In this document: piece by piece, positions 11,508 to 22,979 of the stretch
Layout: every line of letters begins with the position of its first letter
How positions within the stretch are numbered: position 1 is the first letter of the stretch
Assembly: GCF_964194155.1 (NCBI RefSeq)
Contig: NC_135898.1
Coordinates: 13,578,001-13,642,000, forward strand
Reading direction: 5' to 3'
DNA from: Cetorhinus maximus
Lineage: Eukaryota
Length of the DNA stretch: 64,000 bases
Position numbers and translations under genes: made by a program
The notes under the pieces: model-generated
Databases searched by the model: none
What the model was told of the DNA's origin: nothing
Seen by the model: the letters and a program-made list of their open reading frames with translations, nothing else

Positions 11508-12964
11508 CTCAAACTGAATGTGAAACCCTATCACATGATCACTCTTACTCAGAGGATCCTTTACGATAAGGTCATTAATTAATCCTGCCTCATTACACAT
11601 TACCAGATGTAAAATAGCCTGTTTGCTGGTTGTTTCTAGAAAGTATTGATCTAAGAAACTGCCCTGAATGCACTCTGTGAACTTATCCTCCAGGTTACCT
11701 TTGCCAGTTTGATTAGTCCAATCAATATAAAGTTTAAATTGCCCACATTTATTGCAGTATCTTTGTTTACGCACACATTTAAGACTTCAATCAAAACACT
11801 TTAAGTCTCCTCTTTAAAAAAGAAAACCAGACCAATTTCCTTAACTTGCCACACAAACTAAGTTTCAAATATTTTGCCTCTCAGAGACGAGGAGAGTTTT
11901 TGTTAATGCTGTGAGTTGAGCCTGGGAGGCTGCAGGAAACAAATCCAATTGTAATTTTGAAAAATGGATTGGATAAACTTTAAAAGGAAAAAAATATGGT
12001 TGCAATGTTCTGGGGAAGAGTAGGGGAGTGGAACGAAATGAAAAGCTCTTTCCAAGAGCCAGCACAGGCATAATGTGTCAAATGGCCTCCTTCTGTTGGA
12101 TTCTCTGGTTCCTTCACCAATTATCTTAAATCCCTGACCCCTAGTTACTGATAATCCTGCCAGTGGAAACAGTTTCTCCTTATTTACTTGGACAAAATTG
12201 TTCACAACTTTGAACAGCTCCGTTAAACCTTTCCTTAACCTACTCTGCTGTAATGAGAACTATTTCAGCTATGTTTCTCCAGATAACTGAAATCCCTTGC
12301 TCTTGAGAAATATCTTCAAGGTCTTGGCTTCCTTCCTAAAGTGTGGTGCCCAGAATTGGATACAGTACTCCAGCTGAGGCCGAACAGCGATTTGTGAAGA
12401 TTTTGGATTTCATTAGGTGGCAGAGAGTTTAGGTGAGAAGTGAAGTACCTCTGGTCCTGGTTATGGTACAAACATTGCTACTCACCTATTGCAAGGCCCA
12501 TGGCAGAACAGTGAAGAAAAAAGATAAACCTGTGTTGTTACCCTTGTAACCACCACCCTCTGCAACCACTACGACCCTTTGAGAACTCTGTCTCTGGCCT
12601 CTTGACCTTCCTTCATCCCACTATTGGTCCTGTATCTTCAGCCACCTCAGCCCCAAGCCCTGGAATTTCCTCCCTCGCCCTTTCCTCCTTTAAGATGCTC
12701 CTTAAGGCCTAACTCTTTGATCACACTATTCCTTTCTTGACTTAGGGTCAGCTTTTGTCCTAATAATAATTTCTGTGAAGTGCATTGGGCTGTTTTACTC
12801 TGTTAAGTGCTCAAGTTGTTGTTTGAAACCTACAGACAAGGGTTTGACACAAATTTCAGTTTTAAGGGGACCCTCGTGGTTTGAATGCATCAAAGAACCT
12901 CATTTACCCCTGTGCCTCCAACACAGAGGATAAAACATCTGCACGTTCCTCTTCTGGTATGTGA

Positions 12965-13135
12965 GTCAAAATCCTGGAACTCCCTTCCTAACAGCACTGT
13001 GGGTGTACCTGCACCACATGGACTGCAGCGGTTCAAGAAGGCAGCTCACCACCACCTTCTCAAGGACAATTAGGGATGGGCAATAAATGCTGGCCCAGCC
13101 AGCGAAGCCCACATCCCATGAATGAATAATAAAAA
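12965..13135 (+). mobile_element. HE1/HER1 3' tail fragment
   Basis: Near-identical to 10118-10280. Confidence 0.8.
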
Positions 13136-13912
13136 CAAAATGACAGCCCAGTGTAACCCAATAAGAAAGAAGCTGCAAAAGCCACATAGAAATGAGATTC
13201 CAGAGGAATAGTGCAATGGGCCTTGTTCTATGCAATGACATTGGTTTACGTGTACAGTTTGAAACAGCCACTTCTGAATGAATGAAACAGTGTACATGGT
13301 GTCAACAACATCGTGCATGTAAATATGGAAAGGACCTGTTTGTGCAAGGAAATTATACTCCAGTATAATTTCAATCAACTGTTGCCCGTACCAGGTCCTT
13401 TGTTTGACATCCTTTCATCTGGTGATTTTGATCTGGCTGCTCAGTAAATTCTTTTCATTCAAAGATCAGGCCTCTTGTATCACAATAAGAAACATGGGAG
13501 CGAGAACAGCTGCAAGATATGCCTTTACCCTTGGTTACTTTCTCAGCCGCTCTTTTGTTATTGCACTGTGCACCATTCCACTTTCTTTTTTGCAAACAAC
13601 ACCACATGGTATTTGCTGCAGAAAAATTGATCAAAGTATCTCAATTCATCTGACGCTCAACAGTGCAGACAAACAACCAGACTTCCTGTGCTCAAGGTCG
13701 ATGAGGTTCAAAAAAAAGTGAGGTTTATGGATGTGTTCAGTTTTCGGATGAAGGGTACTAGACCTGCGTTTTTGAAGAGTCGAGGAGCTCTCACTGATCA
13801 ACATTTATCCCTCAACCAACAGACAATCTGTTTATTATCACATTAATGTTCGTGGGATTTGGCTGTATGTAAATTAGCTGCCACGTTTCCACCATTTTGA
13901 AAATACTGCATG

Positions 13913-14548
13913 GGGCAGAATGTTATATTTCGCGGGTGGGCCTGACCCGGACGGGCATAAAATCGAGCGAGGTGACGTCGGGCGAGCGTCCCAACATCAT
14001 CGCACACTCGCGCAATATTTCGCTCGGTGGGCGCGCGCGGCAGTCAGAAGTGCGCCTGCCGACAATTAAGCCCGTTAACGGCGCAACCCCTACAGTTGGC
14101 CGACAGGCGAATCGGCCAGGCGGCCTTTACATTTTGGATGAAACCTCATCCAAGGGTGGGATGAAATCTCCGTTAGGAAACAAAATAAAAAGAAATATCT
14201 GGGGACGGCATTTTTATGAGATGTGCTTTCAGGGGCTTGTTCGTGCTGCAGGGACATTTTTTTTTGCAGCTTTTTTGTGCTTTATTTTATTGTTTGCAAG
14301 TCTGCAGCTCCCTGAGGCAGCTGTCTGCCTTCGGGGAGCTCTCTCTCTCTCTCTCGCAGTGCTCACCCACGCCCGTGGTGACATCGGCACCCAGCCCCGC
14401 AGGCAGTGCTGAGTCTTTCTCAGGGTACGTTTCACGCTGCCTGGCCTTTAATTGGCCAGCTAGCGTGAAATTGCAGTCTGGGGCCCATTTCCCCACCGCT
14501 CCTGGGGCCACCGATCACACGCGCCCGACGAGGGAAAGATTCAGGCCC
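13913..14548. mobile_element. PIF/Harbinger-like MITE (long family, copy 1; opposite orientation to copies 2 and 3)
   Basis: Ends gggcagaat / attcaggccc; CpG-rich body homologous to 20562-21135 and 37164-37874. Confidence 0.75.
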
Positions 14549-15369
14549 ATCGGTTGTAAAGTGCTTGGGACGATCTGAGGCCCTATATAAATGGAAGTCT
14601 TTCTTTACTAGATTTTGTTTCCTTGCCCAGTCGCTGAGGGCTGGAGCCCAATTTCACAGGCGGAAATGAATCCTTGTGCTCTCGAAGGTACTGCCGATCA
14701 GCTTTACCTAGTGCTGACACGTCTGCTTTCCAACAGAACCACAGGAAAGTGCTTGGGCATCTGAGCTCTTAAACCAGGAACGAGGAGGCTCTCCATAACA
14801 TTCCTACTGACGACAGCTAGCTCAACACCAGCTGAGCATTGAAACAGATATTTTTTTCTGATCCATGAGTCAGCTATTTAATGGATAAACTCACCAAGCC
14901 CTTGGGTAGTCCCCAGATTAAATGTTGAAATGGAGTGAAATAGCAGATGGGAGCCCCCCACTCATTCACTTCCTGAGGCTCAAAATACAAGATGGGCTCA
15001 AACTGGTCACTGCCAGCACCATGAAACAGGCTCAGAGTGAATCAGCATCTGATTTTCTTTCCACTGAAGTCCGCAGAATGATAGTCAAACTTACTTTGGA
15101 GACTCCTTTCCTAGTCTTTACCGTCACTTTTATTTGGCTCATAATTAAGAATTTCTGCAATATGTTCCAAGCCAATGGAAAATAAAAGCTGGAGTAGTGA
15201 AAATTCGGCTGCAAGCTAGTTTCTATGGCACTGGTGTCGACCAGTTTCACCCCCAATCTCTATCCCGGGAACTTGAAACCAGTTAGCTTCACATCAGATA
15301 ATGGAACGTTTACCCAGAACCTTAACATCTAAAACCTGAAAATACAATACAGAGGAGTCAGGGCAGATT

Positions 15370-16690
15370 TCAAAAGGCAAAGCCATGCTTGATTGGCCAA
15401 TCTTATTGAATCTTTTTGAACAAGTACCAGACAGAAAGTACAAGGGCAGTGCAGTTGACAAAATATATTTCGATTTTCAAAAGGCCTTCAATAAGGTACC
15501 ACATTCTGGCTCATGATTGAGGCCATAGCATGTACAGCAGTAAAACGGATAGAAAGTTGGCTGCAAGAAGAGAGTGGGAGTTAAGGCACACTACTCAGAC
15601 TGGCAAAAGGTGGGAAATGGTGTTCCACAGGGATCGGTGCTGGGAACACTTGCTTGAAATTTACATGAACAATTTCAAAATTTGTGGACAACACCAGTTT
15701 GAAGAGTATATAAATACTGAGGAAGAACAGTCAAATACAGGAAGATATTAATACACTTGCAGAATGGACGTGTAATTGGCAAGTCAATTTCAATGCACAT
15801 AAGTTTGAGATGTTACATTTTGGTAGGGAGAATAAGGAGGCCACAAACTGTTTGGAATAATAAGGATCCAAATGATCCTTGGCACAGATACATAAATCAC
15901 AAAAAGTAACAACACAGGTGACTAATAAGATGAAAAGCAAACCAAGCACTGGGACTCATTTCTAGAGGGATGCAACTGAAAAGCAATTCAGAAGTTATGT
16001 TAACTTTGCTTGGACCACACTTGCACCAGGAATTTACAGCCCCACTGCCGCATGTCTCCACTCCCCACCCCCGCACCTCCCCCCCAGCGGATGTGGCGAG
16101 CCACTTATATCTCCATTAAGTTCGGCGGGACTGTAATACCCCTCAGGGCGGGAGGGGCTGTAAATTCCTGGCCTTGGAGTACTGTATACCGTTCTAGTCT
16201 AAATGCTACGAAAAGGATATAGAGGAATTGCAGAGAGTGGAAAGAAAAGGTTCACAATGATGATTCCAGAAGCATTGAGTTTATCAGAAAAAACTGAACA
16301 GGCCGAGGTTCTTCTCTGTAGAAAAGAGAAGACTCGAGGGAGTGATCGAATAGAGGTATTTAAGATCATGAAAGATTTTGTTGGGCTGGACGCAAGAAAA
16401 TGTTTCCAACGTTGTGGGGACACCAAATCTAGGGGCCATAAATATGAGATAGTCACCAATAAAACAATTAGACAAGTCTGGAGAAGGTTCTTTACCCGAA
16501 GAGTAGTTAGGATGTAGCACCTGCTACCACTAGGAGTAGTTGAACTAAATTGCACGAATACATTTAAGGGGAAGCTGGATTAGTAAGGAAGAAAGAAATA
16601 GAAGGATAGATTGATAGGTACAGATAAAGAGGAGTGGGAGGTGGCTCTCGTGGAGCATAAATGCTGTCTGGAGCTTGTTTCTGTTTTGTA
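15370..16690 (+). mobile_element. Old CR1 RT remnant
   Basis: [20 protein letters not shown] and DRIEVFKIMK motifs with many stops. Confidence 0.75.
16024..16173. mobile_element. 150-bp MITE nested in CR1
   Basis: Perfect 18-bp inverted repeat ccaggaatttacagcccc (16026-16043 / 16154-16171); 3-bp TSD TTG; excision restores the CR1 sequence ccacacttggagtactgt. Confidence 0.85.
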
Positions 16691-16836
16691 GAGTCAACAC
16701 AATTCTGTGTAATCTGATGTCTCACTGCCTTTTTAAGTATAATGATTCCTTGTTGGTATCTGTATTGCCATCTTGTATCATGTCATGCAGTATTGCCGGC
16801 TTGAGGTTCTTGTGGTGAACAGAACTGTGGTGTGGA

Positions 16837-16842
16837 TTTATT
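16837..16842 (-). terminator. Candidate SLC18A1 polyadenylation signal AATAAA
   Basis: tttatt on plus strand, ~60 nt past the stop codon. Confidence 0.5.
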
Positions 16843-16901
16843 GAAAGCGATGACGGTGGAATAAAGGAGTTACAGGCCTTTGACCATCAGTACATCAGCC
16901 C

Positions 16902-17015
16902 CTATTCTGAATTTACTCCTTCCTCATTTCTGGCCTCAGTCATGGGGAATTCCTGCCCGTCCCTCTCAGCAGTGTAAAGATTTGGATTCACACAATTGTC
17001 CTGGGACAAAATTGC
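16902..17015 (-). CDS. SLC18A1: SLC18A1 last coding exon
   Basis: gatag|AILSQDNCVNPNLYTAERDGQEFPMTEARNEEGVNSE*. Confidence 0.88.
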   Translation of the reverse strand, partial: AILSQDNCVNPNLYTAERDGQEFPMTEARNEEGVNSE

Positions 17016-17244
17016 CTATCAAAAAAAGCGAAAGCATTAGCGCTTGACTGGTCGACACCATGTGATTATCACCACACAAATGTTGAACATATGGTACATT
17101 TCTTTTATCCGCTATTTTGAAATAAACTGGTTAATGCCTCCATTAAAGAAACAGACTGAGGAATTCTTTGTGAAATTTTCGTTTGCATTATTACACACAA
17201 TAGTTCCAGGACTGCAGTGTGTGGGTTCTCTCCCTCTCAAAAGA

Positions 17245-17555
17245 AAAGGACTTGTATTTATGTAGCACCTTATATGACCCCAGAACTTCCCAAAGCCCAT
17301 TGCAGCCACTGAAGCACTTTTGAAGTGTTGTCGCTGTTGTAATTTGGAAGCATGACACTCAGTCCGCGCAAAGCAAAGTCTCACAAACAGTAGTGTGCTG
17401 ATGACCTGACAGTCTGTTTGTGATTTTGGTTGAGGGATCGAGAGTTGCCAGGACACCAGCCATAACTACCCTACTCATCTTTTAATCGTACCATGAGACC
17501 GTTTATGTTTATCTGTGGCAGAAAGAGCCTTGGTTTAACAAGTCATCTGAAAGAC
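17245..17555 (-). mobile_element. DeuSINE-like remnant
   Basis: Reverse complement of the family at 7911-8325 and 18160-18590. Confidence 0.55.
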
Positions 17556-18159
17556 ATGAAAGGCAAGGGAGGATGGGAGCAGTTGATCACCAGACTGTCA
17601 AGACTGTACAATAACTGGAGGTGTGTTGTGCAAATCAGTTTGTTTCAAACACCATTCCTTCTTTCCAATTGTCTGTGCATATTATTTGAGTCCTAATGAA
17701 TAATGGAGCTGGGGATGGACTGGCCAACCCAAGACAAAAGGAATAAATGAACCATGAAATTACCCATTGGGTTCTTTTTGAGTTTCTTCTTAAAACAGAA
17801 ACATTTTTAGGATCACGAGAAAGTGTTAAGCCAAACATGCACAGAGATAAGCCCACCCTCTCTTCTTGGTAACAAAGTACATGGAAGAATGTGCATATAT
17901 GTCTGGAATGAGAACTTCTTGTCCATCAGCTTTCAGTGGTTTCAAAGCTCAGTGAGATGAGAGCTAAATTCTGAATGGCTTTGGAGCTCACTCACTTGTT
18001 CTTTGCTCATCCTTCATTCATTTGCTGCTCACTGACTTCCCCACTCATTGAACCCTATCCTCACTAACTCATTTGCTCTGACTGACCAATTTGGTCCTGT
18101 CTCACTGAGTCAGTTCACTCACTCACTTACTCTTCATTCCTTTGCACGCTTCCCCTCAC

Positions 18160-18590
18160 CAGCCTTGGCTCAGTGGGTAGCACCCTTCCCTCTGAGTCAG
18201 TAGGTGGTGGCTTCAAGCACCGCCTGAGGGACTTAGCCACAAAATCGAGGCTGACATTCCAATGGACTGTCAGCGATGCCACCTTTTTGCTGAGACATTA
18301 AACCGAGTTTCCGCCTTCCCTCTCAGGTGGTTGTAAAGGATCACATGGCACTATTTTGAAAAGCAATGCATTTTTCCCAGTGGCCTGGCCAACATTTATT
18401 CTTCAGTCAACATCATAAAAACAGATTATCTGGTCATTATGACATTGCTGTTTGTGGGAGTTTGCTGTGTGAAAATTAGCTGCTGTGTTTCCTGACAACA
18501 GTGTCTACGATTCAAAGGTATTCAATGGCTGTAAAGTGCTTTGGGGCATCCAGTGGTCATGAAAGGTGCTAGAAAAATGCAAGCCTTTTT
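18160..18590 (+). mobile_element. tRNA-derived DeuSINE
   Basis: ttggctcagtgggtagc A-box; gagacattaaaccgag...ctcaggtgg..gtaaaggatcacatggcactatt core. Confidence 0.75.
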
Positions 18591-18758
18591 TATTTCCCTT
18601 TGCTTTCCTCCTTTCCTCATTCCGCGCCAGCCCACCCCACCCCCACCCCCGACCCTTCCCTCCTTTCTCCCTCCCTTCCTTTCTTCCTCCCTTTCTTTTT
18701 TTTTCACTTCCTCCCTCCCTCCCTGCCCTTCCCTGAAGCAATAAAATACCTCTCTTAC

Positions 18759-18892
18759 CATTTTCTCTTCTTTGATAGGAGGATTTCTTAGGAAGATACA
18801 AAGTGGAGCATAGGAAATGTTAATTACTCCAATGATGACCATTAGCCAATGGAATCCAATTGCTTTGACAATGGCTCCTCCCATTGAGGGCC
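18759..18892 (-). CDS. SLC18A1: SLC18A1 coding exon 14 (TM12)
   Basis: [45 protein letters not shown]; 134 nt; cag|...|gtaag. Confidence 0.95.
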
Positions 18893-19803
18893 CTGGATGG
18901 TAAGAATAAAATTATTCATCTTTAATGTGAGACATTCACTTTTTCAGACATAATTAGCCAGTTATATATGTCCACCAAGGGCTGGAGCTCTTTGATTTTG
19001 TCTGAAAAAATTAAAATAAAATAGTGCAAGTTCCGACAATATTTGAATTTCCAGGAAGTCTTTTGACAAGATCTCACATGGAAGACTATTAATTAAACTA
19101 AAACCTGGAGGAATGCAAGGTAGAATGTGGCACTGGATAGAAATTGGTGAGAAAGCAGAAAATTAAGAATTAGTGAGAGGCGTGGTATCACCCGGGAGAT
19201 GGAGGGAGCTGCTCAGCAGAGGAAGACTGGGGTTGGTGCTTTGACCATGGTGTTTCTACATGAATGATGAAAATAGAAATTAATTGAAAGTTTGTTAAAT
19301 TTGAAAAGAAAACTGGGCTACTGCAGCAGGGGTGAAGGATGCAGTTAAGTAGTTGGGTAGGCAAACGTTTATTAATGTTGAACGGTGAAAAATATGTGTG
19401 ATTTCACTTCGCATCCAAGACAAAATTGATCGGCTAATGAGTTGTCCTCCTGGCTCTGCCTCGATTACACCCACTGTCTTGGCTCACTTACAAAGAGCAA
19501 GTGAGGTCCAGAGGAGTCACAGGTGCCAGTGGAACTGTAATTCAGCAAGAGTCAGTGCCTTCAGGGGAGAAAGGAGGAACCTCGGAAATAAAAGAAACAA
19601 TAGAATATAATCATTGGATGGAAATGGGAAGCTGCAGAAGTGCAGGTTGGCACTCAGAGAGGCACAGCGTTAATTTGAAATGGTTAATACTGAGCAGCTG
19701 TAGGCCCACCCCAGCTCTATCGTTGGGCACTTTCAGAGAGAGAGAGAGAGATACAGACTATTTAAGTAAAAGTGCACCCAAGAAAACATTGATATTGACT
19801 CAC

Positions 19804-19923
19804 CGATTGCAAATCCCAAACAAAGTGCCACGTCAGCGATGGCGAAAATACTTCCATACACAGATACGTGACGAATGTCCACCAGGTATCCCATTATGGG
19901 AATCATCGTGGAATCAATCATCC
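19804..19923 (-). CDS. SLC18A1: SLC18A1 coding exon 13
   Basis: [40 protein letters not shown]; 120 nt; cag|...|gtgag. Confidence 0.95.
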
Positions 19924-20561
19924 CTGGTCATTTCAAAGGACACATTCAGAATTAAGGCTGCAACACCCAACAATATTTTCCCAATGCAGGATTAGATTGG
20001 AAGCAGCACCTTAATCATGGGGAAACCCTTCACTCATATAGACAGTGAATGGCTGCATGGTTATTTGGTGGGGGGGGATGTCTCCCAACCCTAGAATCGA
20101 AAAGCTTTGAGTAACCTCCACCTGCAGACTAGGGTTGGTCTTTTCTCCAGGACTCTCTTGATGGAGAGACCTGGGCTCAGTACAACTCTGTTCCTCTCAT
20201 ACCCATTTCAAACTGATATTGTGGAACAGGAAATGCTAAGATTCATCTTGAATCAATTCGTTGAACATCTGACATTAAAATAGGAGGTTTATTTTGCCGA
20301 TCAAACCTTTGGACATTGTTCACATTTTATATATAAATTCTTCCCTTCATATTCAGCATGGTGGACTCCAGCTGATCTGGAGCCAGGCAACTTCATGACA
20401 GGGTTCAGTAACAGGACCATTTTAAACCATGACCAATGTTGGATCCCTTATTAATTCTGAACTATGTCAGGCAGCTCAGCGCCACCAACATCAGCAAGCA
20501 GTTCAGATCCCACCCTCAGACTTGGAGACTTAGCTTAAGTCCCAACCCATGTTGACACATG

Positions 20562-21135
20562 GGGGAGAATTTCCTCCCTGGTGTGCAGGCCAGTTGGGAT
20601 TGGGCGCGGAGCCGATTACCGCCTGCGAACGGCTGTGTGACGCCATTTTATGTGGGCGGGCTAATTAAGGCCCACCCAGCGTGATGCACACCCAGTAGTG
20701 CTTAGCGTTACCTGTGTGGGCGGGGGGGAGGAGGGAGAGTCGAGGCCTGCGCTCTTTCGTGCATGGGCGTGAAAGCGTAAAAATCTCCCTGAGGCACCTC
20801 AGGCAGATTCAGAACATACTGAGAATTTTTAATAAAGTAAAAAATTATTTACTGTTTATGAAATGTGAAATATTTATTTATTAATTTAATAAACCCTTCA
20901 TGAAACCTCATCCCACCCATGGATGAGGTTTCATGAAAAACGCGAAGGCCGCTTGGGCTCTTCGTCTCTCCGCCAACCTTAAGGTTGGACGGGCAGCCCT
21001 GTCAATTATCTCAGTTGGTTTTTAAATGGCCTTAACAGGCCTTTGACAGTTTGGCGGGCGCGCAGCTGCCTCCGGCGCGTGCCAGCCGAACAGAACATCG
21101 GAATGACGTGTGGTGACGTCGGGACAATTCTGCCC
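20562..21135. mobile_element. PIF/Harbinger-like MITE (long family, copy 2)
   Basis: TIR ggggagaatt / aattctgccc; 3-bp flanks ATG/ACG; internal perfect 17-bp hairpin 20897-20937. Confidence 0.75.
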
Positions 21136-21654
21136 ACGGTCTCCGCAAATACAAGATGTCAATTCTAGTTGAAGTTTCCCTCACAGACGAGAATGAGAAA
21201 CGTTGTTGGGACCCTCGTTCTGGCTGCAGTTCCATTATTAGGTCCAGCTCTGGCTGCTTCTCCGCAAAAATAACGTTAACATCCTGAGTAACATCTTAGT
21301 AACCACCATTAGTTTGTGATTAAGTGCTCAATCTTGCTGATTCAGGAGGGCTGAGTGAGAGGGCTTGGAATACAGACAGGAACCATTGAAGGAAAACCCT
21401 TGCAGAGTGCCAAAACAGAGGAATATTGTGGAGTTAAGAGCAGAGAAACTGAACCCAGGGAGAGTAATGCTACCTGAGCAAAGGGAATGGGAATATGGGA
21501 TCTGGGCAGAAGACAGGATTTTCTGTGTTATTTTGAGGGCTGCTGGAGGTTTCAGAGGTTAGAAAGAGATGAATGGCTTTATCACAGGTGGATACAATTC
21601 CTGGGACAAGCTGTTTGTATTTATTGAATGAACTTCACTCAGACTGTCTATTTC

Positions 21655-22380
21655 CACTTTTGTAACCTCGCCTGACTTCACTCCTGTCTCAGCTCACCTG
21701 CTGCTGAAACCCTCATTCAGGCCTCCATGACCTCTAGACTTAACTATTTCAACGCACTGCTGGCTGGTTTCCTGTTTTGTAGCCTCCGTAAACTTGAGAT
21801 CATCCAAAACTCTGCTGCCCATGTTCTGATTTGCACCAAGACCCATTCCCTTATCACCCTGGGTTTTCTGACCCACATTATCTCCCCATCAAGCAACGTC
21901 TTGAATTTAAAATACTCATCCTTGTTTTCAAGTCCCTTCAAAGCCTCACCCCTATCTCTCTCAGCCCCATACCCTTCCAAGACATCTGCGCTCCTTTAAT
22001 TCTGGCCTCTAATGTATCCCCAATTTTACTTGCTCCTCATATAATGTTTTCAGCGCTTTCTGTTTATATTTCAGATTTCCAGCATCTGCAGTATTTCCCT
22101 TGAATTTAATTGCTCCACCATAGGTGGCTGCACCTTCAGTTGCCTTGGTGCTAGGCTCTGGAATTTCCTTCCTACACCTCTCTGCCCCTCTACCTTGCTT
22201 TCCTCCTTCGGACACTCCAGTGAAACTTCCCACTTTGAACAAGCTTTTGGTCATCTGACTTAACAAGTCCAATAAGTCCCTATGTGACTCAGTGTCATAT
22301 TTTGTTTGAGAATGCTCCTCTGTGGCGCTTGAGGACGATTTATTACATCAAAGGCACTATATGAATATCAGTTGCTGCTG
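21655..22380 (+). mobile_element. L2-clade LINE 3' fragment
   Basis: SRLNYFNALLAG..KLEIIQNSAA and HYLPIKQRLEFKILILVFKSL motifs; L2-type tail. Confidence 0.8.
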
Positions 22381-22979
22381 ATGAACTAGTGTCCCCTTAT
22401 ATTACTGATAAATCTATCAGAGGAGAAGTTGTTTCACAACAAGAGGAGTGCAATATCACACATTGCACAACATTGTTCCGTTGCTTTGTCCCTTCAAGGC
22501 CATATAATCGAGTTGCTGTAAATAGGACCGTTTAGAGTTGTAGAAGTGAGAAATTTGTGGTCAGTGAGGTGCTAGTAAATTTCTGACTCCCAGTCAGTAG
22601 AAATCAAAAAGAAAAGACATTTTTAAATACTTTTTTTTATATAGAATATGCACAGAATATAGAAACTGTCCATTTGGCCAAAACAGTCAACGCCAAAGTT
22701 GCTTCTCTTGAGCCTTCTCTCATCCTTCCCTGTCTAATTCTTATCAGTGTTACCCTCTATTCCCATCTCCCTCCTAGGATTATCTAACATCCCCTTAACA
22801 CCATCTGTACTATTCATCTCAACTACTCCTTGTGATAGCAAGTTCCACATTCTCATCACTCTCGAGGTAAAGAAGTTTCTTCAGAATTTCCTAATTGATT
22901 TTTTTTTTGGTGACTATCTTATGTTAATGGCCTCTAGTTTTACACTTCTCCACAAGTCAAAACTTTTTAATTAAAAAAG

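Larger units (their letters stand above)
9075..11775 (-). mobile_element. Decayed CR1 LINE (3' UTR to endonuclease), interrupted by a HER1-type insertion
   Basis: YKILRGLD..., EMRKNFFSERVV..WNSLPQ and FTECIQGSFLDQY...AILHLVMCNE...SDH motifs on minus strand. Confidence 0.8.

Noticed and set aside
13897-14578. 171- and 120-aa ORFs as a possible transposase
   Set aside because: They lie inside a non-autonomous MITE, have no DDE motif, and are not conserved in the other copies
15032-15154. Alternative last exon for SLC18A1 (KFLIMSQ...)
   Set aside because: No VMAT similarity; the true terminal exon AILSQD is at 16902-17015
19501-19995. 164-aa plus-strand ORF
   Set aside because: Antisense shadow of SLC18A1 exon 13 plus intron; no recognisable motifs
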